From the human T2T-CHM13v2.0 reference genome, Homo sapiens, in assembly GCF_009914755.1 (NCBI RefSeq), contig NC_060938.1: a stretch of DNA of 64,000 nucleotides. The stretch is one strand, 5' to 3'. Position 1 is the first letter of the stretch; every line of letters begins with the position of its first letter. Shown in pieces: positions 1 to 64,000 of the stretch. Under the pieces are notes generated by a model. It was not told where the DNA came from. It searched no databases and saw only the letters and a list, made by a program, of their open reading frames with translations. The translations under genes and the position numbers were made by a program.

Positions 1-410
1 GAAGGTTTGAATTGAAACAAAATGTTCATCATACAACTCACTGTTGAATGTATTCAGGGAGACTACAGATTTGAATGTGAACTCCTTAGCATAACCACAT
101 GTCTGGCTTGGGGGAGAGGACCTTGCTTGAGTCGTGGCTCCATCACTTATCACTTCTGTGACCTTGCTGTCCCTAAGCCTCAATTTCTTTATCTGTGGAA
201 TGCAGATAATCGAGCCAATTCTACCTGTCTCTGGAAGTGAATGCCAGTGAGCTACTAGTATGGAAATGAGCTGAAGAATGGAAAGAACTTTGTCAGCCTT
301 CGGCCTCTAAACATATATTTCGTTTTATTCCTACAGTGAAGTCCTGACTAGACGTAGCCCATAAGACAGACAATAATCTTACCTGTCACCAGCATTATAA
401 AAACATCTCA

Positions 411-731
<321 letters not shown>

Positions 732-1723
732 TTAAACTTTTTTGTGTAACTTTTTGCGTTGTTATCATCTGTCTCTGTGTCTCTAATTTTGGTGCGAAAG
801 AAAAGATAAAACCTCAAAATAGTTTTCAAGTGACATTGAGAACATGACCAACAAGATAAAAACAAGTTTTAAGTCTTCTCACCAGGAACTTAAAATTCCT
901 AGTTTTAACTTTAGGATATATGCCGTCAGAATCTGAGTTGTGCGGCTAGAGGCAGTTATGAAATATCAACTTTAAAACCTCAAAAGCACATTTATTGCCT
1001 GAATGAACTAGTTGGAAAATGAAAGCAGGAAATAATTCCAGGGTTCTCTTTTCCATGGAGGTATTTTAACCTCTATAAGGAACATTTTCCAGAGGCTGGG
1101 ACACTGTATTTATACTCCCTAGATGCCTGGAAAGCTACAGTTGGTCTCATTGCCGCCTTATTAATTATATTGAGCCTAACTCTAAGGTAAATCTGAGTCC
1201 TCTGGGGTGGGTGGGAGTGGGGGTGATGAGAGTACTGTTTAGCTCTTTGTTAGTCTAGGGATACAGAAGGTATCATCTAAACAGCTGAAAGAATGCAGAT
1301 GAGAACAGTATTTTAAGGCTTATTATTTTAAGCAACAGTCTAATATTAGCCAACCTAATATGAGTGTGATTGTTTTCTCCAAAAGTGACCATATCTGTTA
1401 AAATGTGTGATTCTATTACATTTGAAATATTAAAAAGAAAAAAATTGTTCTAAGACTTTTAAATAAATTTGCCAGACTAAAGAAGACATATCCTGTAAAG
1501 CCCATCTCACATATGGACTTCATAGGCCATTCTCAGTTCAGAATCAAGGAAAGGTTTGTGTGAGTCTGACAGATGTTGTCATCTTGATCAGCCGTCGTCT
1601 GTGGGGCATGGAACCTAGGAGTCAGTTGTCTGGCCTTTGAAGTCAACAAACCTGTGTTCAAATGCTGGCTCAGCCTAGTTACTCGTGCACAGACTGTATC
1701 CCATGCATACAATCGGTGAATTA

Positions 1724-2050
<327 letters not shown>

Positions 2051-2893
2051 TCAGAGATGTTTTAAAGGTGAAGAATCTAGCACTTCACTTAGAAAATTAG
2101 ACTGATTTTTTTTTCTTTTAATACAGATGCTCAGACACGGGGGGGAGGGGATTACAAATGGGAGTGGTGGAAAGGGCTATGGACGTGGAATTTTTTGGTA
2201 ATGATTTAAAAGGCTTAACTTAATTTGAAAATAGCAAACCTTCTGTTTTGTTAATAATTTATTTTTTAAGATTAAACAGGTGTCAGGATAAATGGCATTA
2301 GCTGAATCCAGCTGTGTTAGATAATTACCTTTAGACAGACTTCTCTTCAAAGAATTTCATTTTTCTTTCCGTGAAGTTGGATTAATGATACGCTGTTTTA
2401 ATTTATTTTTCTAAAGTTTTCTTCCTTTCTCTCTACTGAATCTTTATATTCAGTAGAAGACCCTGGAAATGAATTTTTCTGCCTAGTATTCGCATCTCAT
2501 GGATAATAGAGAAATACTATTTTATTTATCCTCTTCATATCTAAGTCACCATCTGAAGTGCTTTCGGGGGCAGAATAGAAATAAGGAAACCCTACTGGCT
2601 CTGCAATCAGAGGGGTGGTGGGGACTGAGCCAAGGGAAAAGGAGAGGGAGTAGGCTCTCCTAGAGCCAGCAGCTGCTGCTCAGTTACAGCCGCCCTTTGC
2701 CACATGAGATGCAGACCAACAATTGCTAGGTCTTCCAGTTTTCCCACAGACACTGGCAATCCTGATTATTAGGTAAGATTTCCTGATTTTTCAAACTGAT
2801 CTTAAGGTCACACAAAACCTATCTGTGAGCTCAGCATGGCCTAATGACTGCCAGCTTGTTTTTTGTTTGTATGCAATAAGTCTATAAAGTTGA

Positions 2894-3266
<373 letters not shown>

Positions 3267-3501
3267 GTAAGTCTACAAAGTTGAATCTGTGCTCTAGAAA
3301 TGCAAGATTGGACACCTATCATGAAAGGTAACCAATAAACCATTAATCATGCATCCAGTCAGACTATATAGTCTTGAATGTTGGGAAAGTGTTACTGTTT
3401 TATCAGTGGACACAAATGTCAGTTTTAAATGCAGTATTTGTGAATAGCTTGGCAGACTTTATTTTCTAAATAATTCATTCTATGACTTTACTTTTTATTA
3501 G

Positions 3502-55951
<52,450 letters not shown>

Positions 55952-56850
55952 GTAAGAAATGGGCTAAAAATGATTACTCTCCAGGAACAGTAATTACTTT
56001 ACAGATCTAGTAAACTGAACCCAGTCTTCCTCTAAGATGATCCAGCAATTTTATAAGTTTACAGATTAAGGCAAAGTTTGATAAAAATGAGTGGAAATTC
56101 TTTCAGTGTTACAAAAAGAATTATATGCTAGTATATCCCACCTTAATATTTTTTCTTTAGCTTACAACTTTACATGAATTAGAGTAGTTTTAATGAAGAG
56201 TTGGAAACTGATTTGGAAAGGGATCCTTGGGAGGGGGTATTGTTTAGAAATTCTGCCTCTGTGTTAGCATTTGTGTGTCCCCACAGTGGAGCCATGCCCG
56301 TTGCTCCTGCCTCAGTATGGCAGATCAGGTAAGGGCACAGGCCTGGCTTCTGGATGCTGGGGGCCCATGACTGCCCCACTACTTGCACTCAAGGCAGGGG
56401 CAGGAGTCTACTCTTAAAGTGTGTGGGCTCAGAGTGCCAGGTCTCCCATGGGTGTCTTGTCCTAGGATGTGGATTTGGGCGCAGCCCAGTCCTAAATCAA
56501 AGGACCACAAATCAAAGCTATATTGGCCAGTGCAATCTTATCAGAAATAGCGCTGATAATTTTATCTCTCCTCCCAAAATGATGATGATGCCCAAAATTT
56601 TTAAATGTCTTCAAATTCCCTCTCTAAAGACAAACTCCAGGTGGATGTTTTTTCAGTGGCCACGTGGCATACAGCGAACCGTCACTTGGCCTTGGGACCA
56701 CTTGTGCAGCTGTGCTTCCACTGGCCACACGGGTCCTTTCCATAGCAGTGTGCTCAGATGTTTTGAACAACACATAGAATTTGGAATATACAGGAGAACC
56801 TATAAGGTGAATAAAGAATTGGGAGGTGATAAAAGTAAGATACTTTTATC

Positions 56851-56926
56851 TTATTATTTAAATTTATTATTTAAATTAAATTTATTATTTAAATTATTAT
56901 TTAAATTTAATAATTTAAATTATTAA
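56851..56926. repeat. 76-bp pure A/T tract built from TTATTATTTAAAT units
   Basis: direct reading. Confidence 0.95.
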
Positions 56927-57529
56927 GTTTGGCATCTTCTTTACCTCATTGTTTACTGGAAACCACAAGTGAACCTGAGTCAATCAACAGAGGCACTGAG
57001 CTAAATGCTATGAGAATTACAGGCAGGAAGTAAGTTGAGTCAGTTACATTAGTGGGAGTAGGTATCTGAGCATCTGTAAAACCAAGTGGTTTGAGAGCTC
57101 AGATCCCATCTTCCTGGGATTAGGAAGAGCCTTACAGAGGGGCTGCGTTCCCAGATGGTCCTGAATGAGGGATTGCGGTTACTGGTGGCAGAGAGAGAGA
57201 CACATACATTGAGAGCAAACAGGTACAGAATAGAGCAGCATCGAAGCCGTTCAGGAAGTGATGAGAAGCCCCACTGGCCCCAAGCATAGGAGATGAGCTA
57301 GAAAGATGGGCTGGGGCTAAATCTTAGAAGACTTTAAATCTCTGCTAAATACTTGGCCTTCTGAAAAAATATCTGAGTCATGCCTGGTTCCTTAGCAGTG
57401 GAGGGTTTGCTGAAGACAAATATTAGGGGGATTTGGCTGGCAACATAGACTGGCCCAAATTCAACTTCTCTCCACAGCCAGTTGGGGGAAAAAAAACAAA
57501 CCTACAGAAATGCATGATGGAAACCTAAG

Positions 57530-57760
57530 TAAGGATTAAGAGCACAAGTTTTGAACCATTCTTGACTTTCCCACTTATTCACTGTGGAAACTTGAGTATG
57601 TGATTTAACCTTTCTAGGCCTCAGTTGCTAAATCTGTAAAATGGGTCTAATTGGCTTACATCAGAGGCCGCTGGTGCTGTCTGCTGTGAGGATATGTGTC
57701 ATGCCTTTGGTATGGGGCCAGCACATATGAGCCAGCATTTATGGAGTGGTTGTTTTCATT
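57530..57760. mobile_element. MIR
   Basis: tttaacctttctaggcctcagtt...tctgtaaaatggg core. Confidence 0.72.
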
Positions 57761-58369
57761 ACTTTTCCATGAGAAGACTCTTAGGTCGTGTGTTTATTGA
57801 GTGGAAGATGATTCTGTTGGTTATGTCTAGTGATGAGAGGTCTTTCCCTAGTGAGGCCTGCAACTGGACTACCTAATTCTCAGAGCTTAGAATAGCGCGT
57901 CAGATGTTTGTTGAAATGAGTAAATGTTTCAGTGCATTCGTTAAGAATAAGATAATTTCTGTGGGATAAATTGTGTCTTTGTGGTCGCCTTTATAGCCTA
58001 AGTCTTCTCGGGCCCTTGGCACTAGTCGAGGGTATGATGGCATCAAACCCATTCATGGATCATACAGGATCAAGATCTAGCTAATGTTTCCTGAAGGTTA
58101 GAATGACAGTCCATTTTTAATCGTTCATGCTCTGCTTGTATCACTTTGGAGTTTAACAGGCTATTTGCTTTCCTCGCTCACTCTTTGCCTGTCTTCAGCC
58201 AACCTTTTGGTGGGAAAGAGATAAAACAGTGGGTAAAATTTTATTGATCTTTTTGGAAAGAACAGCTGGGGGAAAAGGAGTTGAAATAATAGCAAATATA
58301 TTGCCAGCTGCCTATATTCTTAACAATATGCCTTTTATGTGTGATTTCACTTAAACTTCACTGTGATTC

Positions 58370-58500
58370 TGTAAAGTAGATACCATTGTCCCATTTTACA
58401 TACCAAGAAGGAAACTGAGGACTGAAGCTAAGCAGCTTACCCACAGTTACATAGCCAGCATGTGACGTAACCAGGATTTCAACTTAGGCAGTGTCACTTC
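58370..58500. mobile_element. MIR (opposite orientation to the 57530 copy)
   Basis: cccattttaca...ggaaactgagg...ccaggatttcaac. Confidence 0.7.
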
Positions 58501-58981
58501 CCTGACAGCCCAGACCCTCTCATTTGAAACACTGAAATGAGCAGTACGTGCTGAGTGCTAATCCCTTCAGCACTAAGGAATTTGGGAGGGAATCATTTTT
58601 CTTATTTTAAAGCAAGGGCCAGGCTGAGACAGACAGCTAGAATCTAAGAAGCTCTTAGCTGAGTTTATTGTTCAGGTGAATCTGTGGGTTGAGGCAGCAA
58701 ACTTGGACCTGTCATAATCAGCCTTACATAGAATCAGCCTTACATAGAATCCCTGATGCTGACTTCACCCTGGGCCTTGTACAAAGGAAGGGAAGGGTTG
58801 GAAGCACAGGCTGCAAACTTTACATTTGAACAGTGGCGACAAGAACCTGCTCTGCGGGATGCCCTGATGGCTTCATTTGCCCACAGGATCCAGGACACCA
58901 TGTAGCCTCTTCCATCCTTCCCACAGTATTCTGCTTTGGCCCTGTGGGCAGGGAACAGCAGCTCTTGTTAAAAATAAGATC

Positions 58982-59289
<308 letters not shown>

Positions 59290-59905
59290 CTACATAGGTA
59301 CCCGGCCTTGTTACTGCAAGATCTTAACTATAAAACTAACTTCAAGGTTAAGAATGGTTTTCAGAAGTCCAAGGCCTCAATAAATCAGTTTTAATTCACT
59401 GGAGGAAAAAATGGGATTTAGGATAGGCTTCCTTAAAAACCACATTAGATTTCTGATCATTTCAGGTGGTAGCCTCCATTGTTGGATAGATAGGAGAGGA
59501 AACCAACATTGCTTATTTTTTAAGTGCCAGGCTCCTCACATAGATTATTTCATTTGAATTCTTAAAACAACACTGCAAAGTCAGTGTGATTCTTCATTTT
59601 ACGGAGAGGGAAACTGCAGCTCAGAGAAGGTAAATAATTTAGCCAAGGACAATGGGAATTCTGCCCGGGACAGGAATGTGCACATAAGATTACTTGGGCC
59701 CTGGTGTGGGTATAAAGAGGCCTGTGATTGGCTGTCCCTCCTTGTTGCTCTGGGAGCTTTTAAAAGTCCTCATGGGCCCTCAGGCAGCTTCTTACAGTGG
59801 TGACATCTACACTCTTATGAAACATGCAGGTAATTTCATCAACACAGGTCATTTAAAGCACTATATATATGTTTGGTGATTGTAACTATGTAGAACCCAA
59901 GTTGA

Positions 59906-60340
<435 letters not shown>

Positions 60341-62061
60341 TGACTCAGCAAAACTTCTGAATGCAAGACAGACAACTAAATTACAGAAGGTGTCCTTCAG
60401 AACTGCCAATATGTGTGTTCCTCTGTTTTGGAGGAATCTGGATTACCTAAGAACAGTTGAGATACAAATTGTTGGGTGATAGACAGAAAGATGCAAGGTT
60501 AACGTTCACAGCCAGCACGGGCCAAAGCTCTGAAAAGACGGTCCTTGGATCTCATCCCCTCAATAGGACTGATGCCAGAGAAGGAGTTGACCTGCCACCT
60601 GATCTCACCTATGCCTCCCCTTATTTTTAAAAACCCAGTAGTTGAACTCCTTAAAAATTCATCTACTTTTGTTTCCCAGAACTCCCTCCCCATTTCCTTA
60701 ATGAGAGAACTCTGCTTGTCCTATGAACCAGAGCTCTGTAGACACAGGTGGGGCTGTGTCTTCAGTGAGTCCCTCTGGCAGGTTGCACATCTTGATGAAT
60801 TCTTTTAGAGACTTGGGATCAGGGTGAGGAACTCTTTAAAGACTCTTTCTAGCAGCATGTGTGAATAATCTGATGAAAGCGTTCAGTATCTGATACAGGT
60901 TGGACAGCGAAGTGGAAAAGCATACCCTCCCAGAAAGTTTACATTGGTTTTTCTCTTGGTTGGAATCATTTTAATGAAAATGATTGTAATTTTCTTTTTG
61001 CTTATCTGTACTTTCTAAATGTTCATTATGGAAGATGTCATGTTATAACATGTCATGAACAAATGTCATCAATTTTATGTTCTCTCCTGAATTTCTCTCT
61101 GATGGTAGCACCACTAGCAAGGCCTGTCGTCCTTATTAAGCCACTGACAAGGAGGGACTTTCCTAGTACCGTATGACCTTGAAGATTAGCTCCTTCCTGT
61201 TTACACTGAATTGCTCTCACTATCAGAAATATCAAATCCATAAAAGGAACTTTTTAAACCAAGCATAACTTCTAAATTTTGCCTACCAACCTGAAAAGCT
61301 CACCTACTTTATAGTAGTGGCAATTAAAATGTTACCGTTAAACTCAGAAGTTACGACCGTGGCAGTTGTGTGTTAAGATTGTTTTCCATGCCTTGCAGAA
61401 TGGGCAGGAATACGTGTGCCTTTTTAAACTGATAAAGCTTTTCATTGCTCTCCTTTTATCTGTATTTTCTCAAGGTTTTCTGGAACACCAAACAATGCTG
61501 CTAGTCACGAAGTTGACTTGCGTTGGTCTTAGCAGGTTGCCTGATCCAGTGGGACTGGAAGGATTTAGGGATTATTTTAGCACAGGGAGAGCCAGATGTG
61601 AGGCTCCTCACTTCCATTTTCCTTCCCATCAGCCTGATCCTTCTGCCTCTAGAATGGGTGGCCGCTGTTCCCAGACCCTGCAGAAATGCCTTCCTGAGGG
61701 TTGGGGAGCTCCCCAAAGGAAAGAGGATAATGAGCAAGCGGCCTGATGGCCAGCATCAGGCAGGTCCAGTGTACTGAGCCTCAGAGGTTCACGTTCAGCA
61801 GGTTGCAGGAACAGCCAACCACGTGGGCCTGAGTTAGATGCAGCATTTTGGGAGAACTATTGCCAGATCTGCACTTCTGATTCCACTGGTATAGCACGTG
61901 TTTGCTACGTTTCAAGGTGGGGATATAATAATGACTAAATGTTGGTCTTTAGGGACTCCTGAAAAATGATATCAAGTCTCAGAATAAGGCTGGGAATGAG
62001 TCTAAGGTAGACTAGACACAAACCAAGCACTGCCACTCAGGATTGTCCGAAGAAACTGAGG

Positions 62062-62071
62062 CTATAAATAA
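62062..62071 (+). promoter_or_regulatory. MEF2-type motif CTATAAATAA upstream of the candidate internal promoter
   Basis: exact match to YTA(W)4TAR; motif match only. Confidence 0.35.
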
Positions 62072-62798
62072 GGAGGAATTTTCAGACACATTATGGTAAA
62101 CCCTGGGAGGAGCTAGCAAGGAAAATTACAGAATTTCTTCCTCTGCAATAAATTCCCTTTATACTGCAAAATAGAATTTTTTTGCACAAAGCAGATAAAC
62201 TAAATGACCCTCCTAAACCAGGATGTTCAGGACCAAAAGGGCAGAGCAGAAAACCCCCACAGGGATATTTCTTCTTTAAGAGGACAAGAGGAAGGCATTC
62301 CTATTGGACTCAGGGGCTTCAGATTTTGCTGTTTCTTTTAAACCTGAAACAGAGAAATTTAATTTGAGGAGGACAGAAATCCTCTTTTGCATGCCCCAAA
62401 TCTAAATGTTTCTTCTCTCTGTTTATAGCACTTCATAAATAACCCATAGCCAAGATAACAGTGTGACTTTCTTCCCCCAGCGTTGCAATCCTGTAGCGTC
62501 AGAACAAAGACTGTGTGTGTGAGGAAAAAGCTGGAGATATTTGTTTACTGGAAGGAAGAAAACTGAGATTAAAAATTGCAGTTAGCAGGGGAGAAGGTGT
62601 CTTCCTTCCCGCTGGCATTGCCCTGTGCCTGCGAGCCAGCCAGCCGTGCTCACAAGGAGCCTTGGAGAGGGCTGCGTCCGCCTCTGTGCAAGATGCTGAA
62701 CCAGTGAAGAGGGCACGCTGGGCAGGGGGAGGGGCTGCCTCGGCCCTGGGAGGTGGAGGTGCAGCCGGGAACTTGGAGCTTTCGCTTAAACATAAGGA

Positions 62799-62818
62799 AT
62801 GATTTTTTCTCATCAACA
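62799..62818 (+). CDS. SYNE2: Coding part of a candidate alternative first exon (MIFSHQ + CA) of a short nesprin-2 isoform
   Basis: ggaATG with a purine at -3; 20 nt to a GTAAGT donor, i.e. phase 2, same as the 55951 donor; lies at the end of a GC/CpG-rich unique stretch. Confidence 0.55.
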
Positions 62819-62930
62819 GTAAGTGCCATTTTCGTCATCAGCTCTGCATTGGGCCGAGGCGCCAGCTGCTGTCCCTTGTGTCTTGCTCTCTGGCTGTGTC
62901 GCTTTGGTTACAATAGAAATCACCGATGAG

Positions 62931-63037
62931 ATGGTGGCTGCGGAGTGTTTGTGCTCAGCCATCGGGGGATGGGTTCTTTCCCAGCGTCAGCATGCGTGTG
63001 GTGTCTGCAGTCTGCCTCTGACAAGCAGGGCAGAGGA
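62931..63037 (+). CDS. Candidate or vestigial alternative first coding exon, MVAAECLCSAIGG...LTSRAE, resembling the nesprin-1-alpha-2 N-terminus
   Basis: strong Kozak gagATGg; 107 nt to a weak GGA|gtgatt donor (phase 2); similarity to the recalled SYNE1 alpha-2 leader MVVAEDLSAL... Confidence 0.35.
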
Positions 63038-64000
63038 GTGATTATGCCGTGTGGAAAATGGAAGTCCTCTGGTGACAAAAATGCTTTAAAGAGGCAATGA
63101 GCTCAGACGTGTATTGTAATGCCTCTGCCCCTAAATCAGGGCTTCAGGATCTTGGAGTAATGCATTATTTTGCCATAAGGATGTTTAGTCATGTGAAAAG
63201 ATACAATTGTACAGGATTTGTACAGTGTTTTTTGCAACTGACAGCTGCCCGCAGGTTTGACTATTTGTTTATTTCAGTACAAATTCAGATACTTGAACCA
63301 TCTCAGTTTTCCTTAGTATTTTTTAAATTAGGCATAGGAATTTTTTTGTTCACTTAGACTGATTTAGGGCTTTTATAATTTAACTGTAGACTCCTGAGCA
63401 CAGAGGATAGGACTAAATGGTAAATTATTCCATATGTATAAATTTGACATGTAAAGCCTTCATCATACATTGTTAAGGCTTAGGCTTGGTATATAGAATG
63501 TTGCTAACCTGACTTGATTTTGTTTGTTTGGAAGGAGAGCAGTGTTCATCAATGTTATATTCTCATCCATTGCTAGTTAAAAGAAAAACTTTATTTGCCT
63601 TGATTGTTTTCTGCATTTTTACCCATAATCACTGCAAAAGAACTCTTCTAATTTAAAGCGGCTCTTAGGCATAATTCTTTTGTTTGGTTTCATAGAAAAC
63701 ATTTTGCTTTTGTTCAGGTCTCCCAATAAAGAGCCTATGCAGGTGGAAGACTTCGCTTTTGTACCTAAAAATTTTGTTTTTCTGATTCTCATAACTGGAA
63801 TTTAATTCAGGAAATCATGCTGCTTTTTCCTGGAGAAAGGTTATTTGTTGAAATGTCTATGTGAGAAATGTTAAGAGCACCTGGGTCAAAACCTGGGCAA
63901 GTGCAGAGATGGTGGCCACGGCAGCAAAGCGCTCAGGTGGTTGATGTCAGGCAGTGTTGTGGTTGCTTCTGTGTGCCAGCAGTCTGGTTTCTGAATAGGT

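Larger units (their letters stand above)
62500..63060 (+). promoter_or_regulatory. Candidate internal promoter / first-exon region
   Basis: non-repetitive, locally GC-rich, about 19 CpGs in about 450 bp against CpG-poor flanks; GGGGGAGGGG GC-box-like tract; downstream donors. Confidence 0.5.

Noticed and set aside
56354-56926. 190-aa ORF
   Set aside because: No spectrin or other recognisable pattern, no convincing splice sites, and it ends in an AT low-complexity tract; likely chance.
63908-63943. Strong-Kozak ATG (MVATAAKRSGG*) near the window end
   Set aside because: It stops after 11 codons and the possible donor CAG|gtggtt is phase 1, incompatible with the required phase 2.

Overview
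Primate (very likely human) genomic DNA lying wholly inside one large + strand gene, SYNE2 (nesprin-2). I traced 21 consecutive GT-AG coding exons between 3502 and 55951 (3,392 nt, about 1,130 codons). Their phases match and they give one open frame encoding tandem spectrin repeats; by recollection they are about exons 79-99. The introns hold about 40 Alus (several nested or rearranged), a full-length antisense SVA with a 13-bp TSD, old L1M/L2/MIR/LTR/MER58 relics and microsatellites. There are no prokaryotic features and no CRISPR array. The most interesting signal is a set of candidate internal start modules for short nesprin-2 isoforms. The strongest is a CpG-enriched unique region in the last intron (about 62.0-63.1 kb), with a MEF2 motif and two tandem ATG-started mini-exons. 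Both end in phase 2, like the preceding canonical exon, and the second encodes a peptide resembling the recalled unique N-terminus of nesprin-1-alpha-2. Also notable is a four-copy 28-bp repeat separated only by poly(A) tracts at an L1 endonuclease-like site. Exon numbers, repeat subfamilies and paralog sequences come from recollection, not from database searches.
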